Shown: positions 8,867 through 18,205, counted from the first letter of the stretch. The stretch: DNA of 32,000 nucleotides from Candidatus Thorarchaeota archaeon (GCA_048882505.1 JBHLRO010000018.1:49885-81884), one strand, 5' to 3'. Made by a program: numbers and translations. Notes: generated by a model not told the origin, from the letters alone.

Positions 8867-9463
8867 TTGTCAGAGGATACAAAAAAAGCCGATTTATATG
8901 CTGAAGTGCAGAATGTTGTAGCATCAGTTGACCTTCGCTGCAAAATCAAGCTGGAACGAGCAGCTAGCAGGTTGCCAGGTGATGTACAGGTTTCGTATAT
9001 TCCCGAACAGTTTCCTGGAGTCGTTGTGAAGATAAAGAAGCCAAAAGTTTCTATCCTAGTCTTCAGTAGTGGAAAGCTCGTTGTTACAGGGGCAAAATCG
9101 GTTCCCATGATTGAAGAAGCCGTAGAGGTGATTTCGGAGCTTCTGCGACAGGCGGGGCATAATGTTAAGCATGAGGCGACGATTACGGTCCAAAATATAG
9201 TGGCCTCGGGAACCCTGGGAAAGCGAATTAATCTCGAATTGGCGGCCCTTTTACTAGAACACTCAATGTATGAACCAGAACAGTTTCCTGGACTGATATA
9301 TCGTATGCAGGAACCCAAGGTCGTGCTATTATTGTTCCAATCAGGAAAATTGGTTTGTACTGGTGCGAAGAAGGAAGAGTACGTATATCAATCCATTGAA
9401 AAGATATACTCCATTTTGGAAGAAATCGAAGCGTTTGAGGTCATGACCGCGACTGCAGCTTAA
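8867..9463 (+). CDS. tbp: TATA-box binding protein
   Basis: Two repeats: 'QNVVAS..PEQFPG..VFSSGKLVVTGAK' and 'QNIVAS..YEPEQFPGLIYR..LFQSGKLVCTGAK'. TTG at 8867 follows GGTGA (8857-8861). Confidence 0.96.
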   Translation: MSEDTKKADLYAEVQNVVASVDLRCKIKLERAASRLPGDVQVSYIPEQFPGVVVKIKKPKVSILVFSSGKLVVTGAKSVPMIEEAVEVISELLRQAGHNVKHEATITVQNIVASGTLGKRINLELAALLLEHSMYEPEQFPGLIYRMQEPKVVLLLFQSGKLVCTGAKKEEYVYQSIEKIYSILEEIEAFEVMTATAA

Positions 9464-9467
9464 CCCC

Positions 9468-10994
9468 TCATTCGTTCCCAATAAAATCCAATCCTTCTTG
9501 GACTGCAAGGGGTATATGTTCGAGTAGCTGAGGTAAAGAGAAGTTCTTAATTGAAAGTTCCCCGGCCCGTCCGTTAACGTAAACCCCAATACAGGCTGCA
9601 TAAAACAGTGAAGCCGTTTGGGGAATCAAACCTGCGATTAATCCTGCAAGAACATCACCAGTTCCTCCTCGAGTCATGAGAGGTGTTCCAGTCTTGTTAA
9701 CTTTCAACATGTTTTTGTCTGCGACAATATCCCAATGTCCCTTCACGACCCATATGTTTGGAAAACCGCTGGTTACTTGATAAACTAATTGCTTTCGTTT
9801 TTCAAAGTGATTCATCCCTGCGGGAAGTTTTTTTCCTGTAAGTTGCTCAAACTCCCCAGAATGAGGGGTGAGAATAGTATGCTCAGATAAGTGTCTAATA
9901 TCGGTCAATTTAAGTGCATCCGCATCGATTACTATGGGTTTATTATGTCTATTAGCCATATCAAGAATTGATTCAACAGCTTCCGCTGTATCCGCATGTG
10001 TTCCGAGGCCTGGGCCGAGTAAAATAACATCATTTCGCGAAATTAAATCTGATGAGATCCCTTCTTTTGTTAGATGAGGTGTTGGAAGGGGTTGAACAAT
10101 CAATTCAGGAGAGTAAGATCTAATTGCTGCACTTATATTATCAGGAGTAAGAATTGTGAGGAGATCCGTCCCTGCCCGAATCGCTGCCATTGCAGCCAGT
10201 GTAGGTGCACCAGAATAAGTCTCATTTCCCCCAATAACGAGAATTTTCCCGTGATCCCCTTTTTTTGTCCAGGACTGCCTAGTTTTTAGGGCCAATAAGT
10301 CGCCTGGCCCAATTATTTCCTCAGCTTCGGGGGGAACCCCAATCGGAATGACGTCTATGTGTCCAGAGTTTTCCGGAGACAGTCCTTGTTTCTGTCTATG
10401 TAGACAAAAAGTCCTTTGAGGAGTTAAAAATATATTAGATAATTCTCCAGTATTTGGATTTACACCCGTTGGGGTATCAATACTAATGACAAATGCACCT
10501 TTTTTTTTCCAAGCGTTGATCTTGTTGAGTACTGAAAGGATAGGATTTTTCATCTCTCCACGTAAACCTGTCCCAAGTAATGCGTCAATGATCAAAGTCT
10601 TGGGGTGGGATTGTATTTTTGTGACATCTGTACTATCTTTGATTTCGGTCGTCCTAACAGAATTGGTCATTTGGCATAGAATATTCCAATTTGCTTTGGT
10701 ACTGGCTTTATTTATCGTATGGCTAGAACCTATCAAGTATACATGGATAGGGAGGTGCCAAGCAAGATGACGGGCAGCCACCATCCCGTCACCCCCGTTT
10801 CCACCTTTTCCAGCAAAAATAATAACCTCACTTCTGTTGGTTTCCTGGCAGATTTTCCACACTAAATCAGCTATCCCCCGACCAGCGTTTTCCATAAGAA
10901 GATGACGGCTTACACCAAGGAACTCGGAATTTACATCAATAATGCTCATTTCTAAAGTAGAAATAGGTTTTTCATGCACTTCTTCCAGCTCCAA
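9468..10994 (-). CDS. nnr: Bifunctional NAD(P)H-hydrate epimerase/dehydratase (YjeF/Nnr)
   Basis: LLMENAG, GNGGDG, DALLGTG, KGDHGKILVIGG, GPGLG, DADAL, LTPHSGEF and GGTGDVLAG motifs. Confidence 0.93.
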   Translation of the reverse strand: MELEEVHEKPISTLEMSIIDVNSEFLGVSRHLLMENAGRGIADLVWKICQETNRSEVIIFAGKGGNGGDGMVAARHLAWHLPIHVYLIGSSHTINKASTKANWNILCQMTNSVRTTEIKDSTDVTKIQSHPKTLIIDALLGTGLRGEMKNPILSVLNKINAWKKKGAFVISIDTPTGVNPNTGELSNIFLTPQRTFCLHRQKQGLSPENSGHIDVIPIGVPPEAEEIIGPGDLLALKTRQSWTKKGDHGKILVIGGNETYSGAPTLAAMAAIRAGTDLLTILTPDNISAAIRSYSPELIVQPLPTPHLTKEGISSDLISRNDVILLGPGLGTHADTAEAVESILDMANRHNKPIVIDADALKLTDIRHLSEHTILTPHSGEFEQLTGKKLPAGMNHFEKRKQLVYQVTSGFPNIWVVKGHWDIVADKNMLKVNKTGTPLMTRGGTGDVLAGLIAGLIPQTASLFYAACIGVYVNGRAGELSIKNFSLPQLLEHIPLAVQEGLDFIGNE

Positions 10995-11127
10995 CGAGTT
11001 AACGAGCTCCGAACTCGTTTATAAGGTGTTGCTGCGGCAGCCTCAACAAATCAGGCCTCATTAAAAAGCTAATTACAAAGCCCATCAAAAAATCCATTAT
11101 CTACTCTTGGGCTAGAGTCGGTTCGAA

Positions 11128-12573
11128 ATGGATCAGTTTTTTTTCCTATTACTTTTAATAAACATATGTTCAGGAATACTACTGCTCCCCTACCCTCTCA
11201 ATTTATTATTTCTAACCCTTTCTTCCTCTAGATGGGGTGACCCCCAAATCACAAAGTATTATGAAAAACCTGAGCTTCCAACGGTAACAATTCAAATCCC
11301 CGTTTATAACGAACCTCGCATTATCCAAAGCACGCTTCGAAACATTGCAAACCTTCTGTATCCACCTGACCAGCTGAAGGTTCAGATAATCGATGATTCC
11401 ACAGATGAAACAGCTGAAAAGCTCGATCAGGAGGTCTCCAATCTTTGCCAACAAGGTATTCACGTGGATCTAGTCCGTCGTTCGGGCCGTACTGGGTACA
11501 AAGCGGGGGCACTCGCCCATGGTTTGAAACAAATCCAATCTGACCTTGTTGCCATTTTTGATGCGGATTTTCAAGTCGATCCGAACTTTTTACAACGTTC
11601 TGTTCATTATTTCAAGTCGAATCCATATCTGGGCGCCCTCCAAACACGCTGGGAACATAGGAACCTGCATTACTCGCTATTCACTCGGGCGATGTCGATA
11701 GGGCTTGACGGGCATTTCCTTGTAGAAAAGCCTGGACGATTGAAACGAAACGCCTTCATTACGTTTAATGGGAGCGGAGGGATTTGGAAACGTGATGCGA
11801 TTAATACGATAGGAGGTTGGAGCTCTGAAACGTTGGCTGAAGACCTAGACCTTGCATATCGGGCTCAGATTCAGGGATATGAGATATTATACTTGAGAGA
11901 GTTGACAAACTCCCAAGAAATTCCCCCCACAATACGATATTGGACAATTCAGCAAACACGATGGGCAAAAGGATTTTCTCAAAATCTGAGGAAGAATTTC
12001 AGACTGTTCTGGCAAACGGCACCTCCGAAATCGCGAATTCAGGGAGTCCTGCATCTTAGCCAATATTCGGTTCCAGCATTAATTCTGGTTAATACAACAA
12101 CAGGGGCAATCTTGTTATTTTTTCCCGAAATTCGTGACTTTCGGTTGGTATTTTTTGTTCTAGGCGTGTTATTCACCATTGCCACCGGATGTGGGGCGAT
12201 TTCCTATGCTATTGCCCTGTTACGTGCTCAACGCCCTCGGTACTTCATTCTGTTGATCCCTTTGTTCTTATTTTGGGGATCTGGACTGATTGTTAGAATG
12301 GCCCTTGGAGCTATGGTAGGATTAGTTAAAAAAGGAGGAGAATTTATACGAACTCCAAAATTTAATCTATTAGGAGACAGAAGGCCAGCAAACGAACGTA
12401 TGCCCATTGATAAAATTTTTTTTGCGGAATTTGGCTACACACTCATTCTCCTCGCAGGTACCTTCCAGGCTGTTCAACTTGGAGGATCCTATCTCACTCT
12501 AGGATTGTATTACAGTTTTTTATTACTGGGTACAGTGAATTTAATTATCTCTGAGTTGAGACATGCACTATAG
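11128..12573 (+). CDS. Integral-membrane processive family 2 glycosyltransferase (cellulose synthase-like)
   Basis: QIPVYNE, DDS, KAGAL, DADF, EDLDL and QQTRWAKG (D,D,D,QxxRW). One N-terminal and several C-terminal TM segments. Confidence 0.92.
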   Translation: MDQFFFLLLLINICSGILLLPYPLNLLFLTLSSSRWGDPQITKYYEKPELPTVTIQIPVYNEPRIIQSTLRNIANLLYPPDQLKVQIIDDSTDETAEKLDQEVSNLCQQGIHVDLVRRSGRTGYKAGALAHGLKQIQSDLVAIFDADFQVDPNFLQRSVHYFKSNPYLGALQTRWEHRNLHYSLFTRAMSIGLDGHFLVEKPGRLKRNAFITFNGSGGIWKRDAINTIGGWSSETLAEDLDLAYRAQIQGYEILYLRELTNSQEIPPTIRYWTIQQTRWAKGFSQNLRKNFRLFWQTAPPKSRIQGVLHLSQYSVPALILVNTTTGAILLFFPEIRDFRLVFFVLGVLFTIATGCGAISYAIALLRAQRPRYFILLIPLFLFWGSGLIVRMALGAMVGLVKKGGEFIRTPKFNLLGDRRPANERMPIDKIFFAEFGYTLILLAGTFQAVQLGGSYLTLGLYYSFLLLGTVNLIISELRHAL

Positions 12574-12622
12574 GAACTTCTGGGGCTGGTATCCGATGAT
12601 CTACATCAAACTCCAAAAATCT

Positions 12623-13042
12623 TTACCTAAGGCCACGACATCCATGTTTCTCTGGAAGGCGATGTTCGGCACAAAAATAATCATTACAGTAGCTGCAGGT
12701 AAACCCCATCAAGGCTGAAGTTCCACAGAGATTGCACATCCCTCCCATCGTAGTTTTTTTTGACATTTTGGAGGAAGATATAACGTTCGCTTGGAACGAG
12801 GAAGCTTCTTCTAAGGAGCGATACCGTAGGTACTGGGAAGATCGTGGTAATTTCGCTTTAGCGGGGACTATAACGTAGGAATACCCCAAAAGACACGTAG
12901 CGATGACTGTAATGATGCCAATTATGAACAGCCTAGTACTTAGATCTAGAGGAAGAAACAGCGCAGCAGCTATTCCGCTGGCCGTAAGAACTCCAAACAA
13001 TAAAAGACCTATACGTTCCTGGGGAGTGAGAAGGTAGGTCAT
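12623..13042 (-). CDS. Membrane-anchored AN1-type zinc-finger protein
   Basis: Two TM helices followed by CNLC..CSYC..FCAEHRLPEKHGC. Start reassigned to ATG 13042, which overlaps the upstream TGA (ATGA). Confidence 0.82.
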   Translation of the reverse strand: MTYLLTPQERIGLLLFGVLTASGIAAALFLPLDLSTRLFIIGIITVIATCLLGYSYVIVPAKAKLPRSSQYLRYRSLEEASSFQANVISSSKMSKKTTMGGMCNLCGTSALMGFTCSYCNDYFCAEHRLPEKHGCRGLR

Positions 13043-13680
13043 GCTACTAGTACAACCCCAAGTATACCAAGCGGATGGAAGAGCCATAAACAGGCCGTTA
13101 TTCCGAAAACTACCCAATAGGTGCCCGGATGCCATCGAATCACCTTCGAACCATCTAGCACCGAGAATGGGAGTAGATTAAACAATGCCATATCTAGTGA
13201 AAATCTGCTGACATAAACCATGTAAAATGCCCATCCAGGAAATAGAATTGCGGTCAGAACTAAAAATAGACCGCCCAGAATTAGGTTAACCAAAGGACCC
13301 GCCAACGAAATTCTGGCGTCTTTTTCCCCATTATATCCCCCTGAGGATAGGACGACTCCCGGAGCAATAATTTTCAGGGGCAGGAGCACTGAAATTAGAG
13401 ATATGAGGGCTAATTCGGGCAAAAATCGGAATTCTGATTTCAAATGATAGGCCTGTGCAACGAACTTGTGCCCTAATTCATGAAAAAGAAATAGTGGAAT
13501 ACAGAGGATCCCCAAAATTACAAGATCAAACACGGAGCTAAGCCATGAGTCAAAGTCAGATATTAATAGGTCTATAAACCTCAATGGGGATAAAAACAAA
13601 GAAATTTCAACCAAGACGAATAAACCAGTTGCGAGCAGTAGTTCCTGCTTCTCTCTCGGGCTAAAAGAATATAAACTCAA
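13039..13680 (-). CDS. Site-2 protease (M50 family) intramembrane metalloprotease
   Basis: HELGH (HExxH), 'ISLAGPLVN' and 'FNLLPFSVLDG' (NxxPxxxLDG) in a hydrophobic protein. Confidence 0.9.
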   Translation of the reverse strand: MSLYSFSPREKQELLLATGLFVLVEISLFLSPLRFIDLLISDFDSWLSSVFDLVILGILCIPLFLFHELGHKFVAQAYHLKSEFRFLPELALISLISVLLPLKIIAPGVVLSSGGYNGEKDARISLAGPLVNLILGGLFLVLTAILFPGWAFYMVYVSRFSLDMALFNLLPFSVLDGSKVIRWHPGTYWVVFGITACLWLFHPLGILGVVLVA

Positions 13681-13701
13681 AGCCTTGATATCCTTTATTT
13701 G

Positions 13702-13908
13702 TTAGATGCGTTTGTTTTGATTGGAAATCTGATTTATAAGATCCTCCCACGTACCCAGCTCAGATTTAAGAAGTTCTTCGATTGCAACCCGTAAAAAATG
13801 ACTTCTGGACTCATAAGAGCCAATACGAACCATTTCATCGATGATCGTGAGGATACGATCAGGTATCTTGATGCTCACATGTTTTTGGCGGGGAGTCTGG
13901 GTTGTCAT
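13702..13908 (-). CDS. Ribbon-helix-helix (CopG/NikR-N-like) transcription regulator
   Basis: 'HVSIKIPDRILTIIDEMVRIGSYESRSHFLRVAIEELL' matches the RHH pattern. Confidence 0.87.
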   Translation of the reverse strand: MTTQTPRQKHVSIKIPDRILTIIDEMVRIGSYESRSHFLRVAIEELLKSELGTWEDLINQISNQNKRI

Positions 13909-14047
13909 TATTGGTTAATGCACCCTCTTATTAGCTATGATACCCTCGATACTGAGTTTGATAAAGCTATTGCTTGAGTTAGTCTTTGCACTTGGGTTTC
14001 TGACCTGGAATTTGAACGAAGATAATCACGAATTTTTTTATTCTAAG

Positions 14048-14055
14048 TTATATAT
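14048..14055 (+). promoter_or_regulatory. TATA box of nop5-flpA
   Basis: TTATATAT about 45 nt upstream of TTG 14096. Confidence 0.55.
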
Positions 14056-14095
14056 CCTTGAACCAGGTCTATTTATCCAAAATGAGTGCTTAGAA

Positions 14096-15352
14096 TTGAA
14101 AAGTATCCTAGTACTTGCTACTGGTATCGCTATAGGAGATTTGAATCAAGATTTACCAGTCATTGTCGATTTCTTCAGGTTTGATCGCGAGGAAACACCT
14201 ACGGAGGAGATTTTGGAACAGTTCCTCACGGACAATGACCAGCGAATCAGGGAATCTCTAGCTATACCAGATGAAGAGATTATTACTGATAATTCCCATG
14301 TAATTGAGTTTTTACGACGATCGGGCTATGAAAACGCGCGTTTCGCGAATCCTGGCGAGCTTGTACCAATTAGATCGGTAATCCCACAATATATGCAAAC
14401 GCAAGAGGCAACTACCGCACCAACAGACTTGATTCGGGAAAAAGCGCTGGCTCTGACACGTTCAAGGTTAAGAGAACGGGTTGAAACAAGGGATAGGTTG
14501 CTTGCCCAAGCCATCAATAGCATGGATGATGCCAATGAAATTCTAAATTTAATATACTCGCGTCTGGTTGAATGGTACGGATTACATTTTCCAGAGCTGA
14601 AAGACCTAGTTCGGGACATTGACCAATATATCAAATTGGTTGCAAGAATTGGTAATGATCAACGCTCCAAACTAGACGAATCCCATCTTGAACATCTGTC
14701 CGATCGTAGGCAGGGTCTCATTTTGGATGCTGCTCATAGTTCCTTAGGTTCTGAAGTTTCAGAGTTTGACCTTCGCCCGATTTCACAACTTGCGCAGTTT
14801 GGTGTTGAGATTACCAAAATTAAGGAGTCGCTTGTGGATTACATTGACAAGTGCATGGCCGAGGTTGCCCCAAACATCCAAAGTTTGGTGGGATCAAACC
14901 TCGGAGCCCGTTTGATCGCCTTGTCGGGAAACCTTGAAAGCCTAGCGAAAAGTTCTTCTGGGACGATTCAAGTCCTAGGTGCAGAAAAAGCGTTGTTTCG
15001 TCATTTAAGATCAGGTGAAGATCCACCCAAACACGGTGTGATTTTTCAATCCCCTTACATTCACACTGCAAAGTTACACCAAAGAGGAAAGATCGCTCGC
15101 AGCCTTGCTGGGAAGTTAAGCATAGCTGCCCGGGTTGATTATTTTAATGGAGAGTTTGTAGGCGATAAATTACTTCAGGAGTTAGAAACACGAATCGAAG
15201 AAATCAAAACTAGTTCTCCTCAGCCTTCTGATCGTCAAATGTCCCGAAAACGAGAGAAAAAGCGGAAACAAAGAAAATACAAAGGAAAATCGGAAAAGAA
15301 AGGATTTTCAAGAAGGCCTGGAGGAAAATCGAAACTGAGGCCCAAGAAGTAA
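14096..15352 (+). CDS. nop5: C/D box sRNP protein Nop5 (Nop56/58)
   Basis: EWYGLHFPEL, APNI..LVG..LGARLIA, IQVLGAEKALF, PKHG.IF, RGKIARSLA.K.SIAARVD and a Lys/Arg-rich tail. I infer the start at TTG 14096 because the upstream extension spans the promoter. Confidence 0.94.
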   Translation: MKSILVLATGIAIGDLNQDLPVIVDFFRFDREETPTEEILEQFLTDNDQRIRESLAIPDEEIITDNSHVIEFLRRSGYENARFANPGELVPIRSVIPQYMQTQEATTAPTDLIREKALALTRSRLRERVETRDRLLAQAINSMDDANEILNLIYSRLVEWYGLHFPELKDLVRDIDQYIKLVARIGNDQRSKLDESHLEHLSDRRQGLILDAAHSSLGSEVSEFDLRPISQLAQFGVEITKIKESLVDYIDKCMAEVAPNIQSLVGSNLGARLIALSGNLESLAKSSSGTIQVLGAEKALFRHLRSGEDPPKHGVIFQSPYIHTAKLHQRGKIARSLAGKLSIAARVDYFNGEFVGDKLLQELETRIEEIKTSSPQPSDRQMSRKREKKRKQRKYKGKSEKKGFSRRPGGKSKLRPKK

Positions 15353-15380
15353 AAAATTAGAAGCGTAGATTGATGGTGAG

Positions 15381-16064
15381 ATGAAACTAGCAGAAACAAG
15401 AATCAAGGGAGTATATTCGGTAAAAAATGGGGCGAAAGTTCGGCTTATCACTCGTAATTGTGTTCCTGGTGTTTCCGTTTATGGGGAACCGCTCCTCGAC
15501 ATCGATGGCTCCGAGTATAGAATTTGGGATCCTTATCGATCTAAATTCGCCGCTGCCCTTGTATCCGGGATGAAGAAACTTCCGCAGATTCGAAACAAAA
15601 GCATTCTCTATCTTGGGGTGTCGACGGGAACTACTGCATCACATTTTTCAGACGTCATAATACCTGGGGGCATCATATATGGAGTTGAATTCGCCATAAA
15701 AGCTATGCGCCGATTTACCACATTAGCCGAACAACGTCCTAACTTAATTCCGATTTTGGCGGATGCGCGTAAACCAGATGAGTATTCCATGTTTGTCTTC
15801 GAAGTTGACCTAATCTACCAGGATCTTTCCCAGCCCGAGCAGGCCACAATATTTGGAAGAAATGCCACGGAATATTTGAAACCTAATGGCGTGGGGATTA
15901 TTGCTTTAAAATCTCAGAGTATCAATGTGGCTATCGAGCCTGATGAGGTTTTCTCTCAACAAATGGCCGAATTAGAACATCAATTTGGGCTGGAAATCAC
16001 GGAATATATATCTATTGATAAATTTGCAAAGAAACATGCCATGGTTGTAGTAAGAAACCCCTAA
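15381..16064 (+). CDS. flpA: Fibrillarin rRNA/tRNA 2'-O-methyltransferase
   Basis: VYGE, EYRIWDPYRSKFAA, LYLG..TGTT.SH.SD, PILADARKP and D.IYQD.SQP.Q motifs. Confidence 0.96.
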   Translation: MKLAETRIKGVYSVKNGAKVRLITRNCVPGVSVYGEPLLDIDGSEYRIWDPYRSKFAAALVSGMKKLPQIRNKSILYLGVSTGTTASHFSDVIIPGGIIYGVEFAIKAMRRFTTLAEQRPNLIPILADARKPDEYSMFVFEVDLIYQDLSQPEQATIFGRNATEYLKPNGVGIIALKSQSINVAIEPDEVFSQQMAELEHQFGLEITEYISIDKFAKKHAMVVVRNP

Positions 16065-16076
16065 TGTACTTGTGGG

Positions 16077-16436
16077 TTAACCATAGTCTCTCCAAGTGAA
16101 ACCGCACTTCTTGCAGCGGTAAAATGTTGTCGACGCTTCATCTCCGCTCCGTGTTTGAACTTGCCAATATACGGCTTTGGTATGACCGCACTTCTGGCAG
16201 CTCACAGCTGCCGTAGGCATTGTTTCAACGGCATTAGCGTCGTCGATAACGACCATCATCTCCTTTTCAGAATTATGCCTGATTTTTTGTTTGATCTCAA
16301 ATGCGTCAGAGTTATTATCCGAATCAGTCCCAATGGTTTTTCCACAGGCGGGACAACGCATAATGATCGTCCCATCATCCTGTTTAGCTGGAACTAGTAG
16401 GGCACCACAATCGCAAAAGCTCACTTTTTCCGTCAC
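16077..16436 (-). CDS. tfs: Transcript cleavage factor TFS (RpoM/RPB9-like)
   Basis: Two Zn ribbons; the C-terminal one is CQKC..QTRSGDE..TTFYRCKKCG.TWR with the catalytic DE pair. GTG start. Confidence 0.93.
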   Translation of the reverse strand: MTEKVSFCDCGALLVPAKQDDGTIIMRCPACGKTIGTDSDNNSDAFEIKQKIRHNSEKEMMVVIDDANAVETMPTAAVSCQKCGHTKAVYWQVQTRSGDEASTTFYRCKKCGFTWRDYG

Positions 16437-16571
16437 ACTCTTTGTTCAAAGGCAGGTTTAGCCAGATTCGGCTGATTTATTTAAGGTGCATGATTTGAAA
16501 AATAGTAAAACAAAAAACAGATTGCGAGAAATCACAAGATAGATTATCTAAAAAACCTTAAGGGCACGGAA

Positions 16572-16880
16572 ATGCGAAGAAAAACCTTAGTTCCTTATGG
16601 AGAAACTACGATACTGGCTCTCAAGAATATCGCTAGTGATATGGATTTTCAATTGGTCGCAAAAATCAAGGAAATTCGGGAAGGGGTTCTACTCCTTACT
16701 GACGATCACGAAGAGATTTATATTTCCGTAGAGGGCATTGAACTTCCTAATCTTGAAGTAGGTAACATCGTGATAGCCTTCGGGAAAAAAACGAGCTCAG
16801 GAATCTTAGGATCGCAAATTCTTAGGTCAAATCTCGATTGGAAACTATATGGTGAAACACGGGAGCTAGAATCTCATTAA
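16572..16880 (+). CDS. Small single OB-fold protein, RPA14/RPA3-like
   Basis: 'LVAKI......LLLTDD', 'LEVGNIV.AFGK' and C-terminal helix 'LDWKLYGETRELE'. Family assignment is pattern-based only. Confidence 0.55.
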   Translation: MRRKTLVPYGETTILALKNIASDMDFQLVAKIKEIREGVLLLTDDHEEIYISVEGIELPNLEVGNIVIAFGKKTSSGILGSQILRSNLDWKLYGETRELESH

Positions 16881-16894
16881 TCTGAGTTAAATCG

Positions 16895-17098
16895 ATGTCC
16901 GAGAAAGAAACGAATTGTTCTCTATTCCGATTGCGCCGCAAAACGATAATGACCCTATGCCGATGGTGTTTGGAACAGTCAGAGGAACTATTGAATTCAG
17001 AGGGGAAATGGGTTTTCAAAGAATACATTTATCACAACAAAGAATTTTCGCAAGTTAACGAGCATTTTTTGCCAATGTCAACTAGACTGGCCATGTAA
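16895..17098 (+). CDS. Possible small hypothetical protein
   Basis: 67-aa ATG ORF 14 nt downstream of the OB gene on the same strand. One CxxC and no recognisable family. Confidence 0.3.
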   Translation: MSEKETNCSLFRLRRKTIMTLCRWCLEQSEELLNSEGKWVFKEYIYHNKEFSQVNEHFLPMSTRLAM

Positions 17099-17225
17099 TT
17101 AAATAAAACGATGACCTAGTTGAGTCATCGCTCCTATCGAAGATGTACTGACGTCATCGAAGGAACATGGTCGATATCGATCTGTATTCTAGTGACATTC
17201 CCTCTCTACCTTTGGAGGATCTCTT

Positions 17226-17672
17226 ATGAGCCTCGCTGGAGTTGCCAAACGGAACTATCAAAAAGAAATCACAGCATTCACCAATAGACGGGTTGCTATT
17301 ATACTCAAAAACGGGAAAAAGTATACGGGTGAACTCAAAGGTATTAATCCAGAAACTCTTACGACCGTTCTCATTAAGGCCAAACGTGATGATGACGCCA
17401 CGGAAATTCACCGTATTTGCTTGAACGGAGATCAATTGGCTGAAATTTATCTTGAAGAAGCTCCATTTGACCTTCTTGGATTAAAAGAAGAATTAGAACA
17501 GATATTTCGTCGTCCCGGAGACGTCAAACTGTTCGAAGAAGCTGGCCTATTGGTCATTCTAGAGCGAGTTAAGGTATCGGAGAGCGGTGTAGAAGGAGCT
17601 GGACCTGTAGCCGATCGGGTTCGCGCCATTTATAATCGATATGCTAGTATGAGAGAAGAAGAAAAAGAATGA
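17226..17672 (+). CDS. Augmented Sm/Lsm protein (SmAP3 type)
   Basis: Sm1 'VAIILKNGKKYTGELKG' and Sm2 'I.LNGDQLAEI', plus a C-terminal domain 'FEEAGL..ILERVKVSESGVEG.GPVA.R' typical of SmAP3. GGAGG SD. Confidence 0.88.
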   Translation: MSLAGVAKRNYQKEITAFTNRRVAIILKNGKKYTGELKGINPETLTTVLIKAKRDDDATEIHRICLNGDQLAEIYLEEAPFDLLGLKEELEQIFRRPGDVKLFEEAGLLVILERVKVSESGVEGAGPVADRVRAIYNRYASMREEEKE

Positions 17673-17682
17673 GGGTTGGTTT

Positions 17683-18051
17683 ATGATCATCAAGGCTGAA
17701 CGTATGCGTATAGAAGAAGATCTCGACAATGGCCTTTGGATCGTCGATTTTCGAGACGAGGATGATACTGGGCTACGTGGGCGGATAGAAATTCCAACTA
17801 TTCTAGCGAGTGATTTTGCTGATCTTAAGAAATTCGAAATTGAAGTCCTCTCTGAGCAAGACATGACCGAGAAGCCAGATTACACTGGAGTTCGTATAAG
17901 TTATAATGCAACTAGCTTTCGTGTGAAGCCTACTGCGGAAGAACGAATCTATTCCTTTTCGGCTGGTGGTTTAATGCTTCGAGTGTTCTCACGAAACCCA
18001 ATTAAGGAATTACGGCCTGCTTTACGGAAATTTGTTGTTCTTGTCCGCTGA
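17683..18051 (+). CDS. rpo8: RNA polymerase subunit Rpo8 (RpoG; RPB8 homolog), probable
   Basis: Beta-rich 122-aa protein with 'YSFSAGGLMLRV', resembling the RPB8 'SFGGLLM' motif. Adjacent to SmAP3, as known for crenarchaeal rpoG. Confidence 0.68.
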   Translation: MIIKAERMRIEEDLDNGLWIVDFRDEDDTGLRGRIEIPTILASDFADLKKFEIEVLSEQDMTEKPDYTGVRISYNATSFRVKPTAEERIYSFSAGGLMLRVFSRNPIKELRPALRKFVVLVR

Positions 18052-18075
18052 AATTAGAAAAACACGTTCAGTATA

Positions 18076-18205
18076 TGGTGCGGGGAGAGGGATTTGAACC
18101 CTCGAACGCCTATGCGAATAGATAGCTCGGTATTCAAGAAAATTCCATAACTTTCTTGATTAACTCTTGAGTCTATCCCCGTTGACCAGGCTAGGGAATC
18201 CCCGC
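18076..18205 (-). tRNA. tRNA-Leu(CAA), 42-nt intron at 37/38 (18124-18165), CCA encoded
   Basis: Acceptor GCGGGGA/TCCCCGC, anticodon stem ATAGA/TCTAT with CT-CAA-G^A, long variable arm and GAGGG-TTCAAAT-CCCTC T arm. Confidence 0.95.

Noticed and set aside
13043-13135. N-terminal extension of the AN1 protein
   Set aside because: It overlaps the S2P coding region. The ATGA stop/start overlap marks the real start.
13937-14095. N-terminal extension of Nop5 given by the ORF track
   Set aside because: It spans the divergent promoter and TATA box and has no Nop5-like sequence. TTG 14096 is preferred.
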